Positions 1 to 13,015 of a DNA stretch of 64,000 bases are shown here, one piece after another (within the stretch, counting starts at the first letter, position 1; each line of letters begins with the position of its first letter). Source of the stretch: Chiloscyllium plagiosum (lineage: Eukaryota); contig NC_057720.1 of assembly GCF_004010195.1 (NCBI RefSeq), forward strand, positions 11,796,941-11,860,940, in the 5' to 3' direction. The translations under genes and the position numbers were made by a program. A model generated the notes under the pieces. That model was not told the origin of the DNA, did not search any database, and worked only from the letters and a program-made list of their open reading frames with translations.

Positions 1-398
1 TCTGGACTCCCCCCACCCAAGGGAAAAGACCTTGTCTATTCACCTTATCCGTGCCCCTCATAATTTTATAAATCTCTATAAGGTCATCCCTTAGCATCCG
101 CGCTCCAGGGAAAACAGCCCCAGCTTATTCAGCCTCTCCCGATAGCTCAAATCCTCCAAAACTGGCAACTGTACCCTTTCAAGTTTCACAACATCCTTCT
201 GATAACAGGGAGACCAGAATTGCATGCAATATTCCAAAAGGGGCCTAACCAATGTCCCGTCCAGCTGCAACATGTCCTTCCAACTCTTATACTCAATGCT
301 CTGACCAATAAAGAAAGGCATACTAACCACCTTCTTCACTGCCCTATCTACCTGCGACTCCATTTTCAAGGAACTGCACTCCAAGGTCTCTTTGTTCA
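1..398 (-). mobile_element. CR1 (HER1-like) LINE ORF2 3' fragment
   Basis: ORF 91-399 contains RPLLEYCMQFWSP...LGLFSLER, typical of the CR1 RT C-terminus. Confidence 0.9.
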
Positions 399-1759
399 CT
401 TTAGGAAAGACTGGTACTGAAAAACCTGGGACTGCTGTCCTCAGAAAAGAGAAGGCTGAGAGGCTTTAATTTGATTTGGTTTGATTTATTGCTGTCACGT
501 GTGCTGAGGTACAGTGAAAAGTTTTACATACTTTACAGGCAGATCCTACTATACCAGTGCATCAGGGTAACAGAACACAGTGCAGGATATGACTTTACAG
601 CTGTGAAAAAGTGCAGATAGAGATCAATATTAACCTTTAAAGACATCCATTCGAAAGGCTGATAAAAGTGTGAATGGGGCTGTTCTTGCATCTGCTTGTA
701 CCTGTATTCAGACTTTTATATCTTCTGCCCAATGGAAGAGGATAGAGAAGGGTATAACTGGGGTGGGAGGGGTCGTTGATTACGTTTGTGTGATGGACGG
801 GACTGTTTTCACAGCTCTGTGTAGTAGTCCAGTTGAAATCTCATTAGAGGAATTCAAAATCCTGATTGTGTCTGGATTGACTCAGTTGTTCTCACACTCC
901 CTTGAATGGATCGAGAGTGAGAGGGTGCAGACTTAAAATATTGGCCAAAGAAACCACAGGAGGAAACGCTTTTTCATGGAATCTAGTTGGTTGGATCTGC
1001 AGTGCACTGTCTGAATGAGGTGGAGGCAGGTTCAATTGAGGCATTCGAAAGGGAATTAAATGGTAATTTGAAATGAAAGAATGTACCAGGTTATGGGAGA
1101 AAGCGAGAGATTGGCATTCAGGGAATTGGAGAGCTGATACATATACAATGGGCCCAATGGTCTCCTCCTGCATTGTATTAATCCTGTGATTCATTGTGCA
1201 GCACTTTTCATGTTATTCAGATGCTCCAAAGCACTCAGATCAGATAACAAAAAGCTTACACAAAATGATAGTATCTCAAAGGTGGAAAACAAGATGGCGA
1301 GGTACATAGAGGGTATACTCGAGCTTGGTGAATTGGCACCTGGATAGTGCTTGTGGAGAGAAAACCAGTGAATTTTTCAGTTCTGGTGAAAAGTCATTAA
1401 CCCAAACCTGTTTCTCTCTCTGCAGCTGCTGCTGCCTGGCCTGATGAGTATTTCCAGCATTTTTTTGGTTTTGTTTCAGATTTCCAGTTTTTGCAATATT
1501 TTCCTTCTGACTCACAATGGAATGCTTCCATTCTTGCATGGAATGTGAGTGTCATTGGCAAGGCCAGCAATTCACTGCTCTTTTCCAGTTATGTTAAGGT
1601 GATGCTGTAGATGCACTTCAAGCGCTGTTTAGGATTCTGACCCAGTGACACTGAAGGAACGGTGATATATTTCCACATCAGAATCGTGAGTGGCTTATAA
1701 TGGAACTTGCAGGGGAGTGGTTTTCCTATATATCTGCTGCGCTTAATCTTCGGTTAGCC

Positions 1760-1990
1760 ATGATGTGGAGGTGCTTGTGGTGGACTGGGGTGGTCAGAAA
1801 TCACACGACACCAGGTTATAATCCAACTGGTTTATTTGAAATCACAAGTTTTCGGAGCACTGTTCCTTTGTCAGATATGCGTTCTTCTCTTCATTCCACC
1901 TGATGAAGGAGCAGCGCTTCCAAAGCTTGTGATTTCAAAAAATCCTGTTAGACTATAACCTGGTGTTGTGTGACTTCTGACCTTACCCTT
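1760..1990. mobile_element. Fold-back Penelope-derived terminal repeat with a degraded hammerhead core (CTGATGA 1900-1906)
   Basis: Inverted arms at about 1791-1875 and 1900-1982; CAC-CTGATGA-AGGAGC...-(G>C)AAA-GCTT-GTG. Confidence 0.65.
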
Positions 1991-2279
1991 CTGGGTGGGG
2001 GATGTTACTGGCTTGGAAGGTGCTTTCAAAGGAGCCTTGGAAAAATGTCGTTGCCAAAGGCAGTTTTGGTCAGAGCTCATTGAGTCTGGCTGACATATAT
2101 CAGAATTAAAATTTAAATTGCTAGAAGCATTTGACTTGGAGAAAGTCTTGTTGTCTTATAAGCATGGCAGCTCACAATGAAGGGCACTGGCACCATCTTG
2201 TACAAGTGTTGGTAAAGACACGGCCTGGTCAGGTTGCAGAAATCCCTTCCTGTCAAACTACAAGAGCCTCTTACATTTC

Positions 2280-2903
2280 ATCAAAGTTGCCACCCAGGTT
2301 GATAGGGATGTTAAGAAGGTGTATGGTGTATAGGCTTTCATTAGCAGGGGGATTGAGTTTAAGAGCCATGAGGTTATGCTGCAGCTCAACAGAGCCCTGG
2401 TTAGACCACATTTGGAATACTGTGTTCATTTCTGGTCATCTCATTGGAGGAAGGATGTGGAAGTTTTAGAGACAGGGCAGAAGAGATTTACCAGGAATGC
2501 TTCCTGGATTGGAGGTCATGTATTATGAAGAAGGGTTGAGGGAGCTAGGGCTTTTCTCATTGAAGCGGAGAAGGATGAGAGGTGACTTAATAAAGGTATG
2601 CAAGATAATGAGAGGCAAAGATGGAGTGAATAATCAGAAATGGCTATCACAAGGGGGCATAGTTTTACGATGATTGGAGGAAGGTTTAGGAGAGATGTTT
2701 GATGTAGGATCTTTACACAGAGAGTGGTGGGTGTGTGGAATGACTGTAGTAGAGTCAAATACATTAGGGACATTTATGTGACTTGAATAGGCACACGGAT
2801 GGTAATAAAATGTAGGGTATGTCAGTTAGTTTGATCTTAGAGTAGGATAAAATGTCGGCACAACATTGAGGGCCGAAGGGCCTGTACTGTTCTATGTTCT
2901 ATA
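2280..2903 (+). mobile_element. CR1 LINE 3' fragment with tail
   Basis: Degenerate RPHLEYC/LFSL motifs and a gggccgaagggcctgt...ttctatgttctat tail. Confidence 0.85.
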
Positions 2904-4084
2904 TTCTTAAACTACTTCTTGTATGTAGCAATACATACAGGCTACATCAATGTGATAGACATTGTTACACAAACTTTGAGCAGGACCAAATATTAGGTCT
3001 CACTATTTTGAGATCGTAAACTGTTCTGTCCATCTAACATCATCATACTGGGTGGTGCTTAGGGCACTCCTTGGTATCAATCCTTTTACACCCATATGCT
3101 GCAGTGACATCACATTGAAGTCTGAGTGTGCTAAAGAGCCAGAGACAATGTGACTAGCAGCCATGATACGTCCAGTGGCAGTGTGTGAGGATAAGGGTGT
3201 GCAGCAATATTTCTCTGCAAATACAAATACCAAGCTTCTGTAACCATTCTAGCCTGAGGGGCAATGTATCTCACAGCTTTGACCAAATGGAGCCTCCATC
3301 GTACGCAATTGGTAGCTTGGCGTTAAGAGAACTCCATAAGAACATATCAGAAGCCAGCAACAAAGGGGACCTGTCATGTAATCAACAAACCCGAGATCTA
3401 AAATTTTATGGAAAAGTGTTGAATAATGATGAGAGAGTTGGAATTAAAGTGAGAAGGTGCCATCAAAGATTTGACAGTCGACCTTTCAAGGTGATGTAAC
3501 ACGAATCTCAGAATGAGAAGGCTGTGGGAGAATGCAGGATGATCAGCTGATAGTCACAATTACAGGAAGCAAGCGATTGTCTTGACATTTGTGTCTCTGA
3601 CTATCAGCTACTGCCAAAGACATCCTTTGTGAATAGATTAAGTGTTTGCTAGAAACAGTCAGGCTGATTTGATTGAATACGAACAACAAAGACATGTTCC
3701 TATCGGCCTGTCCTGGTGGATGCTAACAATTCCCTGATTCTATTACCATTTAAAGCTGAACAGGGATTGGGATCTGGTCAAGCTTATTCTGTGTCATGCT
3801 CGCTGTGTAAATAAAAAGTGGTAGCAGGATAAACCCAGTCACAAGAGGCTGGCCAGTCTTAACGTGGGAAGTGGCAAATCCCATAGAGAGTATGTTAACA
3901 CTTGGACCCACCTGCAGGGCGGCAGTCAGGAGCACGTTGCTTCATGATTCGTGGACCACGTTATGATTTTGATCACCTCCATTCACAGTGTCTCCACTGC
4001 AACAGGTATTATTCACTGGGTAATAGACTCACCTCTTGCTCAGGAGGCCTACCCCAGAGCTTTAGTACACCAGTTAAGGCCAGA

Positions 4085-4218
4085 GGTCCAGTGTAGTGCC
4101 CTTTGACTGAGATATTAAACTGAGGATCCATCTGTCTTCTCGTGGAGGGAGACCAGGGCATTATTTTGAAGAGGACCAGAGTTAACCTCAGGGTTATGGC
4201 CATTTCTTTCTCAACCAC
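4085..4218 (+). mobile_element. Degraded Deu-domain SINE (SacSINE1/AmnSINE-like)
   Basis: gagatattaaactgagg...atctgtcttctc.gtgga...ggcattattttgaagag resembles the recalled Deu core. Confidence 0.55.
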
Positions 4219-4430
4219 AGTGGCTCAGTGGTTAGCATTGCTGCATCACAGCAGTAGGGACCTGAGTTCAATTCCAGCCTTGGCCAACTGTCTGTGTGCA
4301 ATTTGCACATTCTCCCTGTGTCTGCGTGGGTTTCCTCCCACAATCCAAAATTGTGCAGCTCAGGTGAATTGGTCAAAGCATGTGTAGGGTAGGTGCATTA
4401 GTCAGGGGAAATGTAGGTCAGGGAAATGGG
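4215..4430 (+). mobile_element. HE1-type tRNA-derived V-SINE (partial)
   Basis: gtggctcagtggttagca (A box), gagttcaattcc (B box) and V-domain text. Confidence 0.85.
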
Positions 4431-4494
4431 AGCTTGCTGTGCAGAGTCTGGCTGTGTTTCACTGGCCTTGCATGCTGAGAATCTGCTCTGGAGA

Positions 4495-4805
4495 ATCATA
4501 GAATCTCTACAGCATGGAGCAGACGTACTGAGTTCACTCTAACCTCTGCAGAGCATCACCCCTTAGAACCACCCCATTGCTGTAACCCTACATTTCCCAT
4601 GGCTAATCCACCTAGCCTGCACATTCCTGGACACTACGGGACAACTTAGCATGGCCAATCCACCTCACCTGCACATCTTTGGATTGTGGAAGGAAACCCA
4701 TGCAGACAGGGGAGAATGTGCAAACTCCACCCAAGACTGGAATCGAACCCAGGTCCCGAGATCTATGAGGCAGTAGTGCTGACCACTGAACCACCATACT
4801 GCCCA
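4495..4805 (-). mobile_element. HE1-type SINE
   Basis: Reverse complement of the HE1 head, V domain and LINE-like tail. Confidence 0.85.
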
Positions 4806-5904
4806 ATACATCAGTGTTCCCAGCAGGCAGGGGATCACCTCATGCATCGGGCTCAAAGCTGTTGAGATGGACCTCAGGAGCTGTGTTTTTTTTGGACAGA
4901 GCAGGAGTTCAGAGATATGGTTGAGTGTTTCAGGATGATGAAGGGAATTAACTTTGTCCAGCTAGATACTCTCTTGGAGACATACAAGAACTGAAGGCAT
5001 AGGAGCAATGCAAATCAGGATAAGTCAGGAAGTATTTATATTCCAAGACTCTGCTCTCTGGGGTTAGTGAGAATGGAGTGACTTTGAGGATGCCTTGAGC
5101 TTTATATTTAAAAGGACGGGCTGACAAGTGGTTAAAACTGGAATATAGAGGGCACTAACTGATCTTTGAATCGAGTTGCTCAGTGTCATTATTTATACAA
5201 CACATGACACTCCCCCATGCCTCTTCTTTTTATCCCAGCAGAATAGCTTCAGTTCCTTACTTCCTTATGGGAATATCCAATTTCCCCATAAATCAACCCA
5301 CATTCAATCCCGTGTTTATTCTTGTTTCTTTTTAATTGGCAAGTAAGCAATTTCTTATCCTAGAATCTTCAGTAGAATATCTGTGTGGGACCTGTGCTAT
5401 TTTAGCTGCAGATTAACCTAATTTGGGATGATGTATCTTGGGATGTAATTGTCTCCTTTTGAACTAAAAGAGATTTGGATAATTTCTTCCTGATTCTGAA
5501 GTGAAGCTGTAAAATTAACACCTCAGTTCCCGCTGCTCAGAGTACTCCACGTTCAAATATCAGTTGGGATTAGAGTTGTGTGACAGGACTCAGGTTAGAT
5601 ACATCTCGTTTATTTATGAACATATTTCTTTAAGGAATATGGGAACCTCTGTTAAGGCCAGCAATTGTTCCTCAATTCTAATTGCTTTCTGACTGAATGG
5701 CTTGCCAGGGCATTCAGAGTCAACCACATTACTGTGGATCAGGACAGATCACCTAAGAATGCTCATTTCTCTCCCTCAAGGACACAAGAGAACCAGATTT
5801 ATTTATTTCTTTAAATGACAAGCGATAGGTCCATGGTCACCATTAGCTTTCTGTTCCAGATTCTAATTAAGTTTCTAGTGGCAGCCATGTCAGGAATTGA
5901 ACCC

Positions 5905-8345
5905 ATATAGAACATAGAACATAGAACAATACAGCACAGAACAGGCCCTTCGGCCCAAGATGTTGTGCCAAACATTTGTCCTAGCTTAAGCACCCATCCA
6001 TGTACCTATCTAATTGCTGCTTAAAGGTCGCCAAAGATTCTGACTGGATTCATTCCATGCCCCCACCACTCTTTGGGTAAAGAACCTACCCCTGACATCC
6101 CACCTATACCTTCCACCCTTCACCTTAAATTTATGTCCCCTTGTAACACTCTGTTGTACCCGGGGAAAAAGTTTCTGACTGTCTACTCTATCTATTCCTC
6201 TGATCATCTTATAAACCTCGATCAAGTCACCCCTCATCCTTCGCCGTTCCAACGAGAAAAGGCCGAGAACTCTCAACCTATCCTCGTACGACTTCCTCTC
6301 CATTCCAGGCAACATCCTGGTAAATCTTCTCTGCACCCCCTCCAAAGCTTCCACATCTTTCCTAAAGTGAGGCGACCAGAACTGCACACAGTACTCCAAC
6401 TGTGGCCTAACCAAAGTCCTGTACAGCTGCAACATCACTTCACGACTCTTGAATTCAATCCCTCTGCTAATGAACGATAATACTCCATAGGCCTTCTTAC
6501 AAACTCTATCCACCTGAGTGGCAACCTTCAAAGATCTATGTACATAGACCCCAAGATCCCTCTGTTCCTCCACCTGACTAAGAACCCTACCATTAACCCT
6601 GTATTCCACATTCTTATTTGTCCTTCCAAANNNNNNNNNNNNNNNNNNNNNNNNNNNNNNNNNNNNNNNNNNNNNNNNNNNNNNNNNNNNNNNNNNNNNN
6701 NNNNNNNNNNNNNNNNNNNNNNNNNNNNNNNNNNNNNNNNNNNNNNNNNNNNNNNNNNNNNNNNNNNNNNNNNNNNNNNNNNNNNNNNNNNNNNNNNNNN
6801 NNNNNNNNNNNNNNNNNNNNNNNNNNNNNNNNNNNNNNNNNNNNNNNNNNNNNNNNNNNNNNNNNNNNNNNNNNNNNNNNNNNNNNNNNNNNNNNNNNNN
6901 NNNNNNNNNNNNNNNNNNNNNNNNNNNNNNNNNNNNNNNNNNNNNNNNNNNNNNNNNNNNNNNNNNNNNNNNNNNNNNNNNNNNNNNNNNNNNNNNNNNN
7001 NNNNNNNNNNNNNNNNNNNNNNNNNNNNNNNNNNNNNNNNNNNNNNNNNNNNNNNNNNNNNNNNNNNNNNNNNNNNNNNNNNNNNNNNNNNNNNNNNNNN
7101 NNNNNNNNNNNNNNNNNNNNNNNNNNNNNNNNNNNNNNNNNNNNNNNNNNNNNNNNNNNNNNNNNNNNNNNNNNNNNNNNNNNNNNNNNNNNNNNNNNNN
7201 NNNNNNNNNNNNNNNNNNNNNNNNNNNNNNNNNNNNNNNNNNNNNNNNNNNNNNNNNNNNNNNNNNNNNNNNNNNNNNNNNNNNNNNNNNNNNNNNNNNN
7301 NNNNNNNNNNNNNNNNNNNNNNNNNNNNNNNNNNNNNNNNNNNNNNNNNNNNNNNNNNNNNNNNNNNNNNNNNNNNNNNNNNNNNNNCCATGTGTACTAC
7401 ATCCACTGCTCTACCCTCATCCACATGCTTGGTCACCTCCTCGAAGAATTCAATAAGACTTGTAAGGCAAGACCTACCCTTCACAAATCCGTACTGGCTG
7501 TCCCTAATCAAGCAGTGTCTTTCCAGATACTCATAAATTCTATCCCTCAGTACCCTTTCCATTACTTTGCCTACCTCCGAAGTAAGACTAACTGGCCTGT
7601 AATTCCCGGGGTTATCCCTATTGCCTTTTTTGAACAGGGTCACAACATTCGCCACTCTCCAGTCCCCTGGTACCACCCCCGTTGACAGTGAAGACGAAAA
7701 GATCATTGCCAACGGTACTGCAATTTCCTCTCTTGCTTCCCACATAATCCTAGGATATATCCCGTCAGGCCCGGGGGACTTGTCTATCCTCAAGTTGTTC
7801 AAAATGTCCAACACATCTTCCTTCCAAACAAGTATCTCCTCTAGCTCACACTCTCCTCTTCAACAATACGGTCCCTCTTGTTTGTAAATACTGAAGAAAA
7901 GTACCCATTCAAGACCTCTCATATCTCTTCCGATTCAATATACAGTCTCCCACTACTGTCCTTGATCGGACCTACCCTCGTTCTCGTCATTCTCATGTTT
8001 CTCACATACGCATAAAAGGCCTTGGGGTTATCCTTGATCCTATCCGCCAAAGATTTTTCATGCCCTCTCTTAGCTCTCCTAATCCCTTTCTTCAGCTCCC
8101 TTCTGGCTATCCTGTATCCCTCCAATGCTCTGTCTGAACCTTGTTTCCTCAACCTTATGTAAGCCTCCTTCTTCCTCCTTACAAGACATTCAACCTCCCT
8201 CGACAACCAAGGTTCCCTCACACGACCATCTCTTTCCTGCCTGACAGGTACATACATATCAAGGACACGCCGAATCTGTTCCTTGAAAAAGTTCCATATT
8301 TCCATGACATCCTTCCCTGACAGCCTATGCTCCCAATTTATGCTC
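5905..8345 (-). mobile_element. Relatively young CR1 LINE ORF2 (RT), spanning an assembly gap
   Basis: Long open stretches KSPGPDGIYP...NYRPVSLTS...QYGFVKGRSCLT and RPQLEYCVQFWSP; (atagaac)n tail at about 5907-5930. Confidence 0.95.
6631..7387. other. Assembly gap (N run)
   Basis: Run of N inside a CR1 element. Confidence 1.
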
Positions 8346-9159
8346 CTCAGAATATTACTTCAGAATATTACTGCTACGCCACCGCTAATCCCATTGCAAG
8401 GTACAAGAGAAACAGGCCCTTCGGCCCACCAAGACTGTGCCAAAATATGATGCCTTTCTCCACTAAAAACCTTTTGTCTCTATGCAGTCTATTCCCCTTC
8501 CTAGTCATTTAAGATGTGTCTGGATAAATACATGAGTAGGTGGGGAGTAGAGGGATACAAATGCTTAGGAATTGACCGACAGATTTAGACATTGCATTTT
8601 GGTCGGCTCAGGCTTGGAGGGCCGAAGGGCCTGTTCCCGGGCTGTAAATTTTCTTTGTTCTTTCTTTGCATAGTATAGTTTGTATTAAAGAATGTACAAG
8701 AGGAACAGGCCCTTCGGCCCACCAAGACTATGCCAACATATGATGCCTTTCTCAACTAAAAACCTTTTGCATCTACGCAGTCTATACCCCTCTATTCCCC
8801 TTCCTAGTCATGTATCTGCCAATATGCCTCTTAAATATTGCTATTGTATCTGCCTTCACCACATCCTCCTTGCATTCCAAGCACTTACCACCCTCTGTGA
8901 AATAAAACCTGCTTCTCATATCTCCTTTAAACTTACCTGCTTTTATCTGAAATAAATGTCCCCTAGTAATTGAGATTTTTACTCTGGGAAAATGACTCTG
9001 ACTATCCATTCTATCCTCGCCTCTCATAATTTTATCAATTTCTATCAGGTCAAACCACCCCCGCCCCCCCATCCTTCAACCTTCAAGTGAAAACAAATCA
9101 AGTTTGTCCAGTTGCTCCTCATAGCTCATACCCTCCAAATCAGATAACATTTTGGTAAA

Positions 9160-9273
9160 GCACAGCAGGTCAGGCAGCAACCGAGGAGCAGGAGAATCGA
9201 TGTTTCGGGCATAAGCCCTTCATCATCACACTCTTGACTCTGATCTCTAGCATCTGCAGTCCTCACTTTCTCC
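9160..9273. mobile_element. Short Penelope-derived insertion within CR1, with a minus-strand hammerhead-like core
   Basis: Minus strand reads tgatgaagggcttatgcccgaaacatcga; flanked by an imperfect duplication aacat(tt/cc)tggtaaa. Confidence 0.65.
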
Positions 9274-10484
9274 TAACATCCTGGTAAACCTTTTCTGTAC
9301 CCTCTCCAAAGAATCTACATCCTTCTGGTGATGTGGCAACCAGAAATGTACACAATATTCCAAATGGGGCCTAACTAAAATTCTATACAGCTATAAAATG
9401 ACTTGCCAATTTTTATACTCTATGCCCTGACCAATGAAGGCAATCATGCCATAAGCCTTCTTGACCATCCTATCCACTTGTGTTGCTGCTTTTAGGGAAC
9501 TGTGGATCATATGCCTAGATCCCTCTGTATGTTGGTGTTACTAAGGATTCTGCCATTTATTGTATCCTTCCCTCCTGAATTAAATCTCCCAAAATGCATA
9601 ATTTCGCATTTTTCTGGACTAAACTACATTGTCAGGCTACCTGCATTCTCCTTCAAATCATTTATATTTATTACAAACAACAGGGGTCCCAGCACTGATC
9701 CCTGCGGATCACTACAGGTCACAGTTCTTCAGTAAGAAAAACATCAGTCTACTGCAACTCGCCGTCTTTTGTGACTAAGTTAGTTCTATATCCATCTTCC
9801 CAGCTCACCATGGATCCTATGTGTCTTCACCTTTTGTATCAGTCTGCCATGAGGGACCTTGTCAAAGGCCTTGCTAAAGTCCATAGAGGCAACATCTGCC
9901 ACCCTGCTGTAATCAATCATCTTTGTCACTTCCTCAAAAAAGTCAATCAAGTTTGTGAGACATGACCTTCCCCACACAAATCCTTGCTGCCTATTGCTCA
10001 TAGGTCCAGATTTTTACAAATGTGAGTAAATCCTATCCCTAGAAATCTTCTCCATCAATCTCATCACCACTGACGTAAGGCTCACTGGCCTGTAATTTCC
10101 CAGATTATTCCTGTTGTCCTTCGTAACCAAGGAACATTGCTGCCTATTCTCTAGTTGTCTGGGATCTCTCCAGTGACTAAAACAAAAGACATAAAGCTTA
10201 TGTATTAGACCCCAGCAGTTTATTCACCTGCCTCCTTCAGCATTCTGGGATAGATCCCATCAGGACCTGGGAACATGTCTACCTTAATACTTTTCAAAAC
10301 ACCAATCATCTCCTCATTTTTTATGGTGACGTGCCCCAGAATATCAACATACCCCACCCAAGACTCACCATCCACTATGTCCATGTCTTTTGTGAATACC
10401 AATGCAAAGAATTCATTAAGGATCTCAATCACTCCCTCTAGTGCCAAGCATAAATTCCCTCCCTTGTCCTTGAGTGGACCTATC

Positions 10485-10896
10485 TTCTGCCTTGGAACCC
10501 TTCAAGCCCATGGCATCCATGTGGATTTCACCAGTTTCCTCATTTCCCCTCCCCCCACCTTACCCCAGTTCCAAACTTCCAGCTCAGCACCGCCCTCATG
10601 ACCTGTTCCTAGCTGCCAATCTTCCTTCCCACTTTTCCGCTCCATCCTCCTCTCTGACCTATCACCTTTACCCCTTCCTCCATCCACCTATTGCACTCTC
10701 AGCTACCTTCTCCCCAGCCCACCCCCCTCCCATTTATCTCTCCACCCCCGAGGCTTCTAGCCTCATTCCTGATGAAGGGCTCCTGCCTGAAACGTCAATT
10801 TTCCTGCTCCTCGGATGCTGCCTGACCTGCTGTGCATTTCCAGCACTACTCTAATCTAGACTCTGATCTCCAGCATCTGCAGTCCTCATCTTCACC
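10485..10896 (+). mobile_element. Penelope-like element 3' end (GIY-YIG C-terminus plus terminal repeat with hammerhead)
   Basis: IFCLGTLQAHGIHVDFTSF resembles the PLE endonuclease end; 10-bp TSD tggacctatc (10475-10484 / 10897-10906); CTGATGA 10769-10775 and GAAA 10789-10792. Confidence 0.85.
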
Positions 10897-11361
10897 TGGA
10901 CCTATCCTTTCCCTAGCTACCCTCTTGCTCCATATATGTGTATAAAGCTCAGTCTGGTAAGATTCCAATGTTAAATAATGGAGAAACAACACATCATTGA
11001 ATCAACTAACGCACATTAAATCCTGGGAGAGATAGTAGAATGGTACAACACAGCAAGAGACCATTCTGCCAATTGTGCCTTTGAAAGAACTATCCCACAC
11101 TCTCATTTTCTCTCAGCATTTCTCCTTTTCGAGTGTACAAACCTTTCCCTCAGGCTCACAGTCGAATCTGCTGATCAATCAGACAGTGCACTCCAAATTG
11201 TTGCACGAAAGTAAACCCCTCATCTCCACTTTGCTTTTTTTAAAAAAATTATATGAAGTCAGTGTCCTCTATTACCAACTCTATTGCCACTAGAAACAAT
11301 TTCCCCTTTGTGCTCTTTCAAAACCAGTCCTCATTAAGGTAATCATGAAGACTATAGTGAC

Positions 11362-12690
11362 TGTAAAGAGATCAGGCCCTCATAGAATATGAGTTCCCTC
11401 ACTGGGGCTATTAATTAGACCATAAGACATAGGAGTGGAAGTAAGGCCATTTGGCCCATCAAGTCCACCCCGCCATTCAATCATGGCTGATGGGCTTTTC
11501 AACTCCACTTACTCGCACTCTCCCTGCAGCCCTTAATTCCTTGCGAGATCAAGAATTTATCAATCTGGTCTAATCAGGGAGCCATGGCTGACGGATATAA
11601 ACAGGAGGGCCGGGGGTTCTGTTCACTCTGAGAGCTGGCTGTGAGGGAGCTGGATCAATGTGAAGGACTCTCCGTGTGTAAAGTAAGAGTGACTTGGTGA
11701 TGGGATAGCAGCCTCCAGGGAGTTATTTCAGTGGCGATGAGAGTGGGACATGCTCCTGAGGCCATTCACTTGCAATAGTCATCTTTGAGTTGGCATAAGC
11801 TGGCATCGTATGTTATTTGGGAAGCTTGACTCATTCGATCCTGCTGTCGAAGACTGAGCCCAAATGCGTTATTTTTTCCAGGCAAACATCATTGGGTCAG
11901 ATGAAAAGCAATGAGTAATTCGCCTGACAGCCTGTGGACCCACAGTGTTTTTGGTTATTAGGCCCTAACTTTCCTGAAGCACCAGATATGAAAACCTTCC
12001 TGAGTTGTTGGATTTAGTGGAAGATTATTTCAACCCCAAGCCTCCTCTAATGCTGAATTGTTATCGGTTTTACTCGGCAGTTTGAGAATCGGGGGAATCC
12101 GTATTGGGATTTTTGACTAAGTTAAGGTGACTGGCAGAGGCATGTGACTTCGGTTTAACCCTTAATGAGATGTTGAGAGACTGTTTGGTATGTGGGATGA
12201 ATGATGTAACCACATAAAAGCGCCTACTAACTGAAGCCCAAATGGATTTCAAATAGGCACTCCAACTGGTTTTATCATCGGAGAATGCAGCAAGTGGAGT
12301 AAAAGAGTTGCAGGATATTCCGATGGAAGTGGACACCCTCCCAAGGCTGACTGAGCTTGGGGGACACCACATGAGTGAAGACAATTGCATAACCTCACTC
12401 GGGACATATCCTGAACAGAGGGATTCTAGGTCAGCCCACAACAAAACCCCAAAACAAAGTCAAGCATCGACCAAACGGTCAGAGTTTTCTTCAGGATCCG
12501 GGCCGGGGAGCCATTGTAGTTGCTGCCAGTATGTGGGCCTGAGACATAAAAGAGTCCCACTGGACCTAAATGGAGTAAGAGAACTCATACACCAGTGTCC
12601 AGGAGAGTGCACCCACCTCTGGTTTAGAACTGTTACACTCCTTAGCAACATCCAAATGAGAACCAATCAAAATGAACATTTGGTTAAATG
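11362..12690 (+). mobile_element. Gypsy LTR retrotransposon remnant: 5' LTR (about 11362-11730), PBS and degenerate gag
   Basis: TG...CA LTR with a TATA-like gatataaa; PBS tggcgatgag at 11732; gag-like motifs GKLDSFDP, TACGP, LAExCDFG, EMLRDCLVCG interrupted by stops. A CR1 tail is inserted in the LTR at about 11416-11563. Confidence 0.8.
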
Positions 12691-12699
12691 GTCATGTAG

Positions 12700-13015
12700 C
12701 TTGATTAGATATGAATAGATTCTGTACAGTGTGGAAACAGGTCCTTCAGACCACACCGACCCTCCAAAGAGTACCCACCCAGTCCCATTTCTTTCTGACT
12801 AATGCACCTAACACTATGGGCAATTTAGCATGGCCAATTCACCTGGCCTGCACATCTATGGACTGTGGGAGAAACCAGAGCACCCAGAAAAAACCCACAC
12901 AGACACAGGGAGAATGTGCAAACTCCACACAGACAATCACCTGAGGCTGGAATCAAATCTGTCACCCTGGTGCTGTGAGGCAGCAATGCTAACCACTGAG
13001 CCACCATGCCACCCC
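12700..13015 (-). mobile_element. HE1-type SINE
   Basis: Full head-to-tail HE1 text on the minus strand. Confidence 0.9.

Larger units (their letters stand above)
8400..10940 (-). mobile_element. CR1 LINE fragment(s), degenerate RT, carrying nested insertions
   Basis: GRSCLTNLIDFFEEVT...[11 protein letters not shown] and PGPDGIYPR in ORFs 9786-10001 and 10220-10447. Confidence 0.9.

Noticed and set aside
3000..4040. Possible upstream AK5 exons or a novel gene
   Set aside because: No AK motifs or convincing splice pairs were found; there are only faint hints of a very old LINE on the minus strand, too degraded to call.
6528..7814. Long ORFs of 332-428 aa (also 63126-63771)
   Set aside because: Their length is an artefact of N runs translated as X; the flanks are CR1 or non-coding.
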